A stretch of 47,342 nucleotides of DNA, taken from assembly GCA_001770205.1 (NCBI GenBank), contig MEQL01000057.1, positions 62,001 through 109,342 of the forward strand, written 5' to 3'. The position numbers and the translations under genes are program-made. The first letter of the stretch is position 1. Every line of letters begins with the position of its first letter. Shown here one piece after another: positions 39,537 to 47,342 of the stretch. The notes below the pieces were generated by a model. That model had not been told where the DNA came from and ran no database searches. It saw nothing but the letters and a program-made list of their open reading frames with translations. The DNA is from Bdellovibrionales bacterium RIFOXYD12_FULL_39_22 (GTDB lineage: Bacteria; Bdellovibrionota; Bacteriovoracia; Bacteriovoracales; Bacteriovoracaceae).

Positions 39537-41198
39537 TCATAACTCTAAAAACTTATTACATTTTTTCAAGGTTGATTTACGATGAGCAACCCAAACCAGC
39601 GTAGTATCCTTCAAATGTTTATCTAAATTATCTAAAATGCGCGCCTCGGTTATCGTATCCACCGCACTCAAACAATCATCCAAAAACAAAAGCTGGGGAT
39701 CGCGATAGAGCGCTCGGGCCAAAGTCAAACGCTGCTTTTGCCCACCCGACAAGTTAATTCCCCACTCTCCTAACATGGTATCGATGCCACTTGGAAAGGT
39801 GCGAACATCTCCATCTACTCCGGCCAGATTCAACGCCATCCAAAGCTTCTCTTCCGAATATGGCCTATCCAAGACGATGTTATTTTTAATTGAATCTGAA
39901 AATAAAAAAGGGCGTTGAGGAACAATACCAACAAACTCGGCCAGGGCGCTATGCGAGTAAGATTCAATCTTCTTACCTCCCAAATAAACCGCTCCCTGAT
40001 AACTACGCTCATTTCCAGAAAGTACATTCAATAACGTACTTTTGCCTCGCCCAATTTCACCCCAAATTCCCAAGCGATCACCACGAGCTAAAGTCATCGA
40101 AAGATTTGAAAATATCTTCCGTTTAAAATCCACTATTTCGTAGGAGAGATTTTCAAAGCGCAATACCTCCTGGGTATTGGTATCCACGGCCATCTCTCCC
40201 GGGCCACGAAGATACTCTTCCTTGGGGGCCAGCGAAATGGCCTGCAACCTATCTAAGCTCGTAAGTCCTTTCCGAAAATCCGAGATAACAAATCCAAACT
40301 CCATTAGCGGATTTTGCAACATAAAAGTTAATCCCTGAATGGCCACAAAATCCCCCACGGTCATGGCACCCGATAATACTCGCGAAATACCAATGGAAAA
40401 CAACACAATAAAAGAAATGAAACTGGCCCCGCCCATAATCGGATAAAAGCTAAGCGAGGTAAAAATCGCCCGCAACCTCTTCCGACGAAAAAAATCGGCC
40501 GCTTTTATCAGTCGGGCCGTCCAATAAGTCCCCGTTTGAGTAAGTCGCTGCATCCTAATCGTAGCTATTGATTGCGAGGCCAGATCATCAAACTTTGACA
40601 GCGTCTCCTGGGCACTACGATACCTATCCATCTCAACATCAGATAATTTTTTTATAAAATAAGGGGCCAACATAAAGACTGCCAAAATCCATAGGGTCAT
40701 TACACTATCAATAGCGAACATAGTAGAAGAAACAATAACGACCAGGATGGGAACATCAATTAGGCCCACCAAAATAAAACCATAAACTGATTTGGCCATA
40801 GAAACGTCACTCGTAGAGGCATTCATCAACACCCCTCTAGAATACTCTTCCGCTAGCTGTTTTTTGGAAAAATAACGAGCATTCCGCCATATGTTATTGA
40901 TCAACTCGCCGGCCGCCAAATGAGTTTGACGTGCCAAGGTTATGCGCCAACCAAAGCGAAAGAAAACCATCATAATTTGCGAAAAAATTAAAAGCCCCAC
41001 TAACTCATAAAAGCTTTTGTCTGCCTTTCCACCTTGTGCTTTGGCAAAACTATCAATAATCCACCCCATACTACGAGTAGCGACAACATCAAAAAAATCT
41101 GCTCCCACCAAGGCCAACGCTCCGAGGAGATAGACCATATAATGTTCTCGCATATAGGCGAGCAATAATTTTATAGGGCGAACAGATTTTGCCGTCAT
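39537..41198 (-). CDS. ABC exporter, fused permease/ATPase (heterodimer subunit A)
   Basis: GEIGRGKS, LSGGQKQR, degenerate Walker B FLDDCLSAVD. Pairs with the neighbouring gene as an MdlAB/YheIH-type asymmetric exporter. Confidence 0.93.
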   Translation of the reverse strand: MTAKSVRPIKLLLAYMREHYMVYLLGALALVGADFFDVVATRSMGWIIDSFAKAQGGKADKSFYELVGLLIFSQIMMVFFRFGWRITLARQTHLAAGELINNIWRNARYFSKKQLAEEYSRGVLMNASTSDVSMAKSVYGFILVGLIDVPILVVIVSSTMFAIDSVMTLWILAVFMLAPYFIKKLSDVEMDRYRSAQETLSKFDDLASQSIATIRMQRLTQTGTYWTARLIKAADFFRRKRLRAIFTSLSFYPIMGGASFISFIVLFSIGISRVLSGAMTVGDFVAIQGLTFMLQNPLMEFGFVISDFRKGLTSLDRLQAISLAPKEEYLRGPGEMAVDTNTQEVLRFENLSYEIVDFKRKIFSNLSMTLARGDRLGIWGEIGRGKSTLLNVLSGNERSYQGAVYLGGKKIESYSHSALAEFVGIVPQRPFLFSDSIKNNIVLDRPYSEEKLWMALNLAGVDGDVRTFPSGIDTMLGEWGINLSGGQKQRLTLARALYRDPQLLFLDDCLSAVDTITEARILDNLDKHLKDTTLVWVAHRKSTLKKCNKFLEL

Positions 41199-41461
41199 AA
41201 CATCTTCTCAATTATTATTTTTGCATTATTAAACTCAAAAAAGGTGGATATGACAAGAAGTTGGTTTTAATCCCTTTAGATTATAAAGCTATTCCATTGT
41301 AAATAACAATCGCCGGCCTCCCTGGAACTTGATAGGCATAAAAAAAATACATTTTTGCACGTAAAAATGTATAACTTCTCATCAAAGAGTAGTAATAGAA
41401 TCAACTATACTCCACAAAAAAAATAGTCTTTGTATGATTTTATAATTGTATAATTAATTCT

Positions 41462-42751
41462 ATGAATAGCAAAAAACTCAAAAAAAACGAGACGGCCTAC
41501 ATAGAAAAATTTGCGACGATGGCAGCGCAAACTCTATTTTTTAAATTAGAAAAAGAGCAACAAGCGGCAATCCGCGGACACGCCTACCACTACCGCTTAA
41601 CTTTTCAGGAACTCAAAGGCCTCTGCGAAATGGTCTGTGATTTTTCTGCCTGGGATGAATCGCTTCCAATGCTCCCTACTAGTGACAATATTACGCAAGC
41701 AAAAGATGAGTTTATTGCCCAGATAAAACAGCGCTGGCTTCAATTAAAAAACAGACCGATAGATTATAGCAACTCCTCTCCTTTGGCGCCCATCCCTACA
41801 AACAAAGTAATTCTGACCGAACAAGAGTTTTCGCGCACAATTATGGGCCGCTGTCCAGTGGCCTCTTTAAAAACTTCCTGCTGCAATTTACTAACCCTAG
41901 ATGCCGTTGAGCGCTGTGCCTTTGGCTGCAGCTATTGCTCCATTCAATCCTTCTACAATGATAAAAATGAAATTATTTTTGATCGTGATTTTAAAAACAA
42001 GCTGGCCGCCCTGGAACTTGATCCACACACAATCTACCACATCGGAACTGGCCAATCCTCAGACTCTCTCCTTTGGGGAAATCGAGGCGGTATCCTGGAG
42101 GCATTAATTGAGTTCGCCCACCAGCACCCAAATGTGATTTTGGAATTCAAAAGTAAATCCTCCAACATCGACTTTCTACTAAAATCCAATTATCCCCCCA
42201 ATATCATCTGCACCTGGAGTCTTAATCCTCAAATCATCATCGATAATGAAGAGCACCTTACTGCCCCTCTCAAGGAGCGCCTGACCGCCGCGCATGCTAT
42301 TTCTTCTCGCAACCGCTTAGTCGGCTTCCACTTTCATCCAATTATCTACTATCGAGGATGGGAAGAAGATTATTCGCAACTCGCCGAACAAATAAAGCAC
42401 CGCTTCGATCCTCGCCTGATCGCGATGATCTCGCTGGGAACGCTCACCTATATAAGGCCAGTCATTCAAAAAATAAGGGCAAACAGAGTAAAAACCAAAC
42501 TGCTGCAAATACCACTGGAAGAGTGTGCGGGGAAGTTTTCCTACCCTGATGAAACTAAGATAAAAATCATGCGCCATCTTTATTCTCAATTTTCAGAGTG
42601 GCATCAGCAAATTTTTTTCTACCTTTGCATGGAAAACAAAAACGTATGGGAAAAAATTTTTCACTACAGCTACGAGAACAACGAGATCTTTGAAACAGCA
42701 ATGAAGAAAAACTATCAAAAAAAAATAACTGAAATAGAGTCAGTTTTTTGA
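41462..42751 (+). CDS. Spore photoproduct lyase-family radical SAM protein with an N-terminal extension
   Basis: CAFGCSYC, IGTGQSSDSL, LEFKSKS, WSLNP, GFHFHPII, YLCME. Confidence 0.82.
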   Translation: MNSKKLKKNETAYIEKFATMAAQTLFFKLEKEQQAAIRGHAYHYRLTFQELKGLCEMVCDFSAWDESLPMLPTSDNITQAKDEFIAQIKQRWLQLKNRPIDYSNSSPLAPIPTNKVILTEQEFSRTIMGRCPVASLKTSCCNLLTLDAVERCAFGCSYCSIQSFYNDKNEIIFDRDFKNKLAALELDPHTIYHIGTGQSSDSLLWGNRGGILEALIEFAHQHPNVILEFKSKSSNIDFLLKSNYPPNIICTWSLNPQIIIDNEEHLTAPLKERLTAAHAISSRNRLVGFHFHPIIYYRGWEEDYSQLAEQIKHRFDPRLIAMISLGTLTYIRPVIQKIRANRVKTKLLQIPLEECAGKFSYPDETKIKIMRHLYSQFSEWHQQIFFYLCMENKNVWEKIFHYSYENNEIFETAMKKNYQKKITEIESVF

Positions 42752-42782
42752 CATCGAAGAGACGGGCCAATCGAAAAAAAGC

Positions 42783-42811
42783 TTGTGCTTCCCAAAATGG
42801 TGTATCATAAT
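42783..42811 (+). promoter_or_regulatory. Putative sigma70 promoter of the porin gene
   Basis: TTGTGC, 17 bp, CATAAT, about 115 bp upstream of the start codon. Confidence 0.4.
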
Positions 42812-42928
42812 TCTTCTGTTAACAATTATTGTATTAGTGCTGGGTTTAAATTGGACTAGGCAATATTGGATTAATATTAACGTTGCGTTCACACATGAAT
42901 CGAGCAACCAAAAACAAGGAGAAGTTGA

Positions 42929-43933
42929 ATGAAGAAAATTACATTATTAACATTGGGATTGGCGATGCTAGCTGGTGCTGCATTTGCAGGCGTTGGAGTT
43001 GAGACTAAGTTTCAGTACAACACTGAATCAACAGTTCAAGACGACGTTACATCCGGCCAGGCTGCTTATGGAAAAATGGAGCGCTTAAGACTAAAGCTCG
43101 ATGGTGAGACTAAGGATGCTGTTAAGTACGACATTAGATACAAAACTTCCAATATTAACTCTCAGTATCTACTAGAACTAGATCGTATGATTTTGACAAA
43201 AAAGATTATGGGAATGCTAGATGTTAAGATTGGATATTTCGAGCCAGCATTTGCTGAATTTGAAAACGACGATTACTACAAGTCAGCGGTTGGTTATGAG
43301 GCTTCCAAAACAGCTCCTGGACTCGGTTTTGGTTATGCCGTGGCGGAGGGAATGCTTTTTAGAGTTGACATTATGGATCAAAGTCCATCTGCGAACACTG
43401 CTGGAACACGTGGAGCTTTCTCTTATAACATCGCATTTGATGGTGAATTCGCCAAAATGTTCACATTGATGGCATCTTACAATACCACAAACAACGCTGG
43501 TGACGCTGATCAAACCAACATGTTAGTTGGTGTTGGTGTTAAGTTTGGTGATCATAAATTAACTGCTGGTTATGCCGCCAAAACGTTGGCCGAACAAGCT
43601 GACCGTGACGATGATATCGCAACAACAGATCCAGTAGATCGCAAGCAAACCTCAATTGTTGCTCAGCTGGATTTGAGTTTTGGAAAGCTCAAGCCTTCCA
43701 TTAAATTCAATATGGATTCAGATGCAGATGGATCTGATGACAGATTTTCTGGCCTAGAGTATGACATTGCGATGAAATTTTATCCAAAAGAAGATTGCAA
43801 ATTCAACTACTATGCTGCTTACGTAAGTGAAACTCTTACTGACGAATACGCAGTAGATGGTGCTGAGAAAGATAAGGATTCAGCGAAAACTACTATGATT
43901 GTAGGTGTTCAATACGATTTTTCATTTCTTTAG
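42929..43933 (+). CDS. Porin-like outer-membrane protein, probably highly expressed
   Basis: AGGAG RBS, signal peptide ending AFA, beta-strand periodicity, C-terminal VGVQYDF; biased codons (GCT, GTT, AAC, TAC); strong terminator. Confidence 0.8.
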   Translation: MKKITLLTLGLAMLAGAAFAGVGVETKFQYNTESTVQDDVTSGQAAYGKMERLRLKLDGETKDAVKYDIRYKTSNINSQYLLELDRMILTKKIMGMLDVKIGYFEPAFAEFENDDYYKSAVGYEASKTAPGLGFGYAVAEGMLFRVDIMDQSPSANTAGTRGAFSYNIAFDGEFAKMFTLMASYNTTNNAGDADQTNMLVGVGVKFGDHKLTAGYAAKTLAEQADRDDDIATTDPVDRKQTSIVAQLDLSFGKLKPSIKFNMDSDADGSDDRFSGLEYDIAMKFYPKEDCKFNYYAAYVSETLTDEYAVDGAEKDKDSAKTTMIVGVQYDFSFL

Positions 43934-43973
43934 GCCATAGCAAAGAATTAGAAGAAGTATAAGTTGATTCATG

Positions 43974-44006
43974 AAAGGGGGAAGCGAAAGCTTCCCTCTT
44001 TTTTTT
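43974..44006 (+). terminator. Rho-independent terminator
   Basis: GGGAAGC-GAAA-GCTTCCC hairpin with GNRA loop, followed by a T8 run. Confidence 0.9.
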
Positions 44007-44095
44007 AGTAGAATGGAAATGGCATGCTCAATAACGTAAGGTCTGGGCAAGGGAAAAAGGTACGTGATACTCTTTCTGCGACGTACATCCCTACC

Positions 44096-44932
44096 CTACG
44101 ATCGCTTTAAATTATTAAATGTTTCAAAAAATTCAATGGCCTTTTTATTTTTTTGATTTTTATGAATTAATAGATAAATGCGATTTTCACCCCAAAAATG
44201 GCCAACCTCCAAATCGCGAGAAAATGGCATAAGCTGCTCTGACAAAATACTAGCTGCCGGCATTTTACACAGCCAATGTTCAATTGATTCAAGATTCGGC
44301 AATGTGGCCTTTAGACTCGGACGATATTGAGATTTAAGCTTCGTCGGGCCTCTCTGAAAAAGAGATAGATGTTCGTTAAAATCAATCCAATTAATTTGTT
44401 TCGAATGTTTTTTATCTACCCTGGCCAAATGTGTGTGGTATTTTTTGTTAAAAGCTAAATAGAGTTTTTCTGTAAAAGCAAGCTGATGTCTATAATTTAC
44501 CTTGTCTAGAAGCTTAGAAACCAACCCTAGATGTACCTGATTTTTTGCAAGTGAATCATATGTATGCTCACTATCTGTAGTTTGAAATTGATAAAAACAA
44601 TCTTGATTAAAACGTTCTATCCAATCAATCAAATGCGTTTTCATTAGAATTACCGGCCCAGAAATACGCAGCGGCGTTACCTGTTGCTCCTCTCGAAATG
44701 AGCTTTCCAAATGGTTTAGTGGCTCTTGAATTTTCGCATATAGCTTTTCGCCTTCTGGCGTTAGATAGATTTGATTGGCAATTTTTTGTACTAATTTATC
44801 ACCGATAGATTCCTGCAAAATCTTTATCTGCTGACTAATTGCTGATTGGGTTACATAAAGACGGGCGGCCGTTTGCGAAAATGAGCGTGTCTCTGCCAAG
44901 ATTTTAAAGGTTTGCAATTTATTCAAATCCAT
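44096..44932 (-). CDS. LysR-family transcriptional regulator
   Basis: MDLNKLQTF...SFSQTAARLYVTQSAISQQIKILQ...LTPEG. Confidence 0.93.
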   Translation of the reverse strand: MDLNKLQTFKILAETRSFSQTAARLYVTQSAISQQIKILQESIGDKLVQKIANQIYLTPEGEKLYAKIQEPLNHLESSFREEQQVTPLRISGPVILMKTHLIDWIERFNQDCFYQFQTTDSEHTYDSLAKNQVHLGLVSKLLDKVNYRHQLAFTEKLYLAFNKKYHTHLARVDKKHSKQINWIDFNEHLSLFQRGPTKLKSQYRPSLKATLPNLESIEHWLCKMPAASILSEQLMPFSRDLEVGHFWGENRIYLLIHKNQKNKKAIEFFETFNNLKRS

Positions 44933-45033
44933 CCACTATTTTATATCATTAGTTTTTCTTAAAAAATATATTTTTTTTAAAATTTGCTAATTTGTTCACT
45001 ATGGATGATCTTATTTCCCATGGAGGGTTTTTG

Positions 45034-45912
45034 ATGAAAAAAATATCTGTTTTATTTTGCGCAACCGTTTTTAACTACATACTTGCTATGGACACCTTTA
45101 GTGTTGTCTCGATGAACCTAGAGTGGTTTGGCCTCGGCGGGGTCTCTTCTGGAAGGACCGGAGATGAATATCGAATTCCATGGATGAAGGAATTCGTTAA
45201 TAATTATTTTGCCAATGCCGATATTATTGCACTACAAGAAGTCGTTGATCTTTCCTTAATTCCTCAATTGGTTGGCGCCCAATATAATTGTATCAGCTAT
45301 CATCACTCCCATTCAAAGCACCAGCACGTGGTCCTTTGCCTAAAATCGGAATTCACTATCTCTATGATTGACGGAGAGTCTGACTTTATTTTTGAAGACA
45401 TACAAGAACATATAACAAAACCTCTTTCTGTAAGCGAGTCTAACTTAAGGCCAGGAATTTTTCTTAAAGCATCACACCCTCAATTAGGCGAGATTCAGAT
45501 TATGGCCGTCCATCTAAAGGCCTATGCTGATGGCGTCAATCAACGAATGAGACAAATAGGCCAGATCAAAAACGTTACCAAAAATGGACGTTGGCTAATT
45601 GTTGGTGATTTTAATTTACAAAGATCAGACTCTTACAATGAAATAACCATGGCAGAAGAAATATTGAATACAATGAATCGACTACAGGGCAATTATCAAT
45701 TCACCTATCGAAGTGGCCAATATCGATCTGAATTTGATCACATGTTTGTTTCTGGGCAGTTCTTGGCCGGATACCATATAGAATCGATTGGCCCCTGCAA
45801 TCAACCTCAAAATATGGAAAAAATTACTGGAGAGCGCTTTGAAGATATTCGCTTCTACAATCGGTTTGTTTCTGACCATTGTCTCATTAAAGCGTCTATT
45901 CAGCTTTTTTAG
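45034..45912 (+). CDS. Secreted endonuclease/exonuclease/phosphatase-family protein
   Basis: GGAGG RBS before ATG at 45034; signal peptide; SMNLEW, IALQEV, VHLKA, VGDFN, FDH, SDHC. Divergent from LysR. Confidence 0.9.
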   Translation: MKKISVLFCATVFNYILAMDTFSVVSMNLEWFGLGGVSSGRTGDEYRIPWMKEFVNNYFANADIIALQEVVDLSLIPQLVGAQYNCISYHHSHSKHQHVVLCLKSEFTISMIDGESDFIFEDIQEHITKPLSVSESNLRPGIFLKASHPQLGEIQIMAVHLKAYADGVNQRMRQIGQIKNVTKNGRWLIVGDFNLQRSDSYNEITMAEEILNTMNRLQGNYQFTYRSGQYRSEFDHMFVSGQFLAGYHIESIGPCNQPQNMEKITGERFEDIRFYNRFVSDHCLIKASIQLF

Positions 45913-46012
45913 TTGAAAGCGCCAACTAGCTTTGACAAAGAATAAAAATAAAATCTAAAATCGTACATTCCATTATTGATGAATTAAATTAATTTCTGTG
46001 TCGGAGTGATAA

Positions 46013-46144
46013 ATGAAAAAATATTTTGTAATTATCGCACTTGCGCTAGTACCTATAATTTTGAACGCCAAGGGACTTTTTGTCCCAGAAAAGGTAATGG
46101 CCCTTCCTAATAGATGGGGGCGGGTATGCTTGTTTATAGCATAA
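46013..46144 (+). CDS. 43-aa signal-peptide-like ORF (small protein or gene remnant)
   Basis: GGAG RBS at 46003; MKKYFVIIALALVPIILNAKG... has classic signal-peptide composition. Confidence 0.4.
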   Translation: MKKYFVIIALALVPIILNAKGLFVPEKVMALPNRWGRVCLFIA

Positions 46145-46233
46145 ATGAGAGCCCCCCAAAAAAAAACAGTGCTCGTTAATTGCTAAATTTTATGATTGCT
46201 TGATGTCTGCGAATAGATTGTAGTGCCATTCAC

Positions 46234-46775
46234 TTAAAGGGGAACACCAAAATTCACAGCAATGACATCTGTTCCTAGGTCTAGCTTAGTTAACCACGTA
46301 CTAGAAAATATTTTTATTAAGCTAACACCGAAAATAATTTCCCCCTTTTTTAGTGAGTTTACAAGGAAAAGTTCTTCATCAAGCAAATCCTGAGATGCAT
46401 CTCCCTTGCCCGCCGCTGGGCTATAGGGCTCTATTTTTTGGTAGCCGAGATATGGTTGAAAAACAGAATCAAGTGGTGATGCAAATGAATATTTTAATTT
46501 TCCAATATAGCTTTCGAGTTTTGTGCCAAGCCCCGGTCCAGGATAATCTTCAATCATTGACGTTCCAAAGTTAAATTCTGCCCAAACATTTTCCAATATC
46601 TGATACGACATTTGAAATATTGGTTGCTGATATGTTTTTAGTGTGGAACCAGTTTCAATGAAGGAATATCCCACCGTCACCATAAACCGTTGATCAATAA
46701 CTTTGCTAATAGAAGAAATTTGTCCAGGACATCCATTATTCTCTTCCTTGCTAAGCGGCTTCGAATCTACCTCCG
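46234..46775 (-). pseudogene. 5'-truncated outer-membrane beta-barrel-like gene
   Basis: Frame stays open upstream of the ATG at 46683 into transposase sequence; no signal peptide; beta-strand pattern (FQPYLGY, IFGVSL, VNFG). Upper boundary approximate. Confidence 0.55.
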
Positions 46776-47342
46776 AAATCTTCTCCCATAGTTACGTCTC
46801 TCACATAATGAATCTTGTTTTCAATGGTCCAGTGCCCTCGATTGAGGCTCAAGATTCTTTCTGGCCCGGCCATATCACTGGTTAGAGATGTTATTCTCAA
46901 TATTGTTTCTGCAGAAATTATTTTGCCGCTGTAATTTGAAAATGTTCTGGTTATAGAGAAAATTTGATTGGCAAATGGGAGGCTTACTTGTCCCGGAGAA
47001 AGTGTCAATATGGCCAATTTTCTTGTTTCAATTCGGCCATGGTTCTTTTCCGTTGTTGTTGTTTCCTCAGGGGGAAAAAGCACTTTGAGCAAGTGCATTT
47101 TTAATTTCAACCGTTAACGTTGGCTGGTTGTCTTTAACTGTGAATACGTAATCGGCCTCTTTTTCTCTGGCAATTATGGTCGCTGTTTTTTCCTGAGTAT
47201 GTAATGCATCCCCAGTAAGAATTGCTCCTCGAATATCCATTTCCATTAGTAATTCTTGCGCGACGGGAATTTCGTTGGTTTTGTTGTCAACTTTTCTTTG
47301 AGCAATGACAGTTCCTTCGTGGGTGACAAGAGACAGTAATTG
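46751..47342 (-). mobile_element. ISAs1-family transposase, frameshifted and 3'-truncated; 5' part outside the window
   Basis: Frame 1 (47342-47067): KTNEIP, TGDALHTQ, YVFTVKDNQP, ending AFSP-stop. Frame 2: EKNHGRIETR, RGHWTIENKIHYVRDVTMGED, then similarity is lost. Confidence 0.9.

Noticed and set aside
37698..41198. Degenerate ATPase motifs (FLDD, LSTGE) as a sign of pseudogenisation
   Set aside because: Expected asymmetry of heterodimeric ABC exporters.
1..47342. CRISPR arrays, tRNA/rRNA genes, retron or other defence-system ncRNAs
   Set aside because: No regularly spaced direct repeats, cloverleaf or rRNA-like segments, and no cas or reverse transcriptase genes seen by eye; a covariance-model search was not possible.

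Overview
Low-GC bacterial chromosomal window, probably from a Bdellovibrionota (Bacteriovoracia-like) genome; the taxonomy is inferred from gene types only. A 31-N scaffold gap lies at 12390-12420. Left of the gap is an accessory region: an MMPL/RND transporter that runs off the left edge and is missing from the ORF track, a divergent coupled operon of one radical SAM enzyme plus four paralogous cobalamin-binding radical SAM enzymes, an intact IS630, a HigBA-type toxin-antitoxin pair, an IS66 remnant and an outer-membrane protein. Right of the gap is mostly core genome: an amidohydrolase, a two-subunit type IIA topoisomerase with T4-phage/eukaryote-like motifs and no C-terminal pinwheel, ihfA-MerR, ispA, a nine-gene purine operon (purF-E-C-D-N-L-Q-H-M, no purK or purB), a chemoreceptor, an Lsa36-like protein, a transglutaminase-elicitor-like secreted protein, a REC-HD-GYP protein, a heterodimeric ABC exporter, a spore photoproduct lyase-like enzyme, a porin, LysR, an EEP nuclease and an ISAs1 remnant. 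Best leads: (1) the MMPL plus five-radical-SAM cluster as an uncharacterised lipid or metabolite pathway; (2) the apparently domesticated phage-like topoisomerase II; (3) strong GGCC enrichment with GGTC/GACC depletion, suggesting a GGCC methylase plus very-short-patch repair; (4) a toxin gene with ACG at the predicted transcription start; (5) a tandem-duplicated PurE. Motif counts are hand counts and family assignments come from motif recognition, not database searches.
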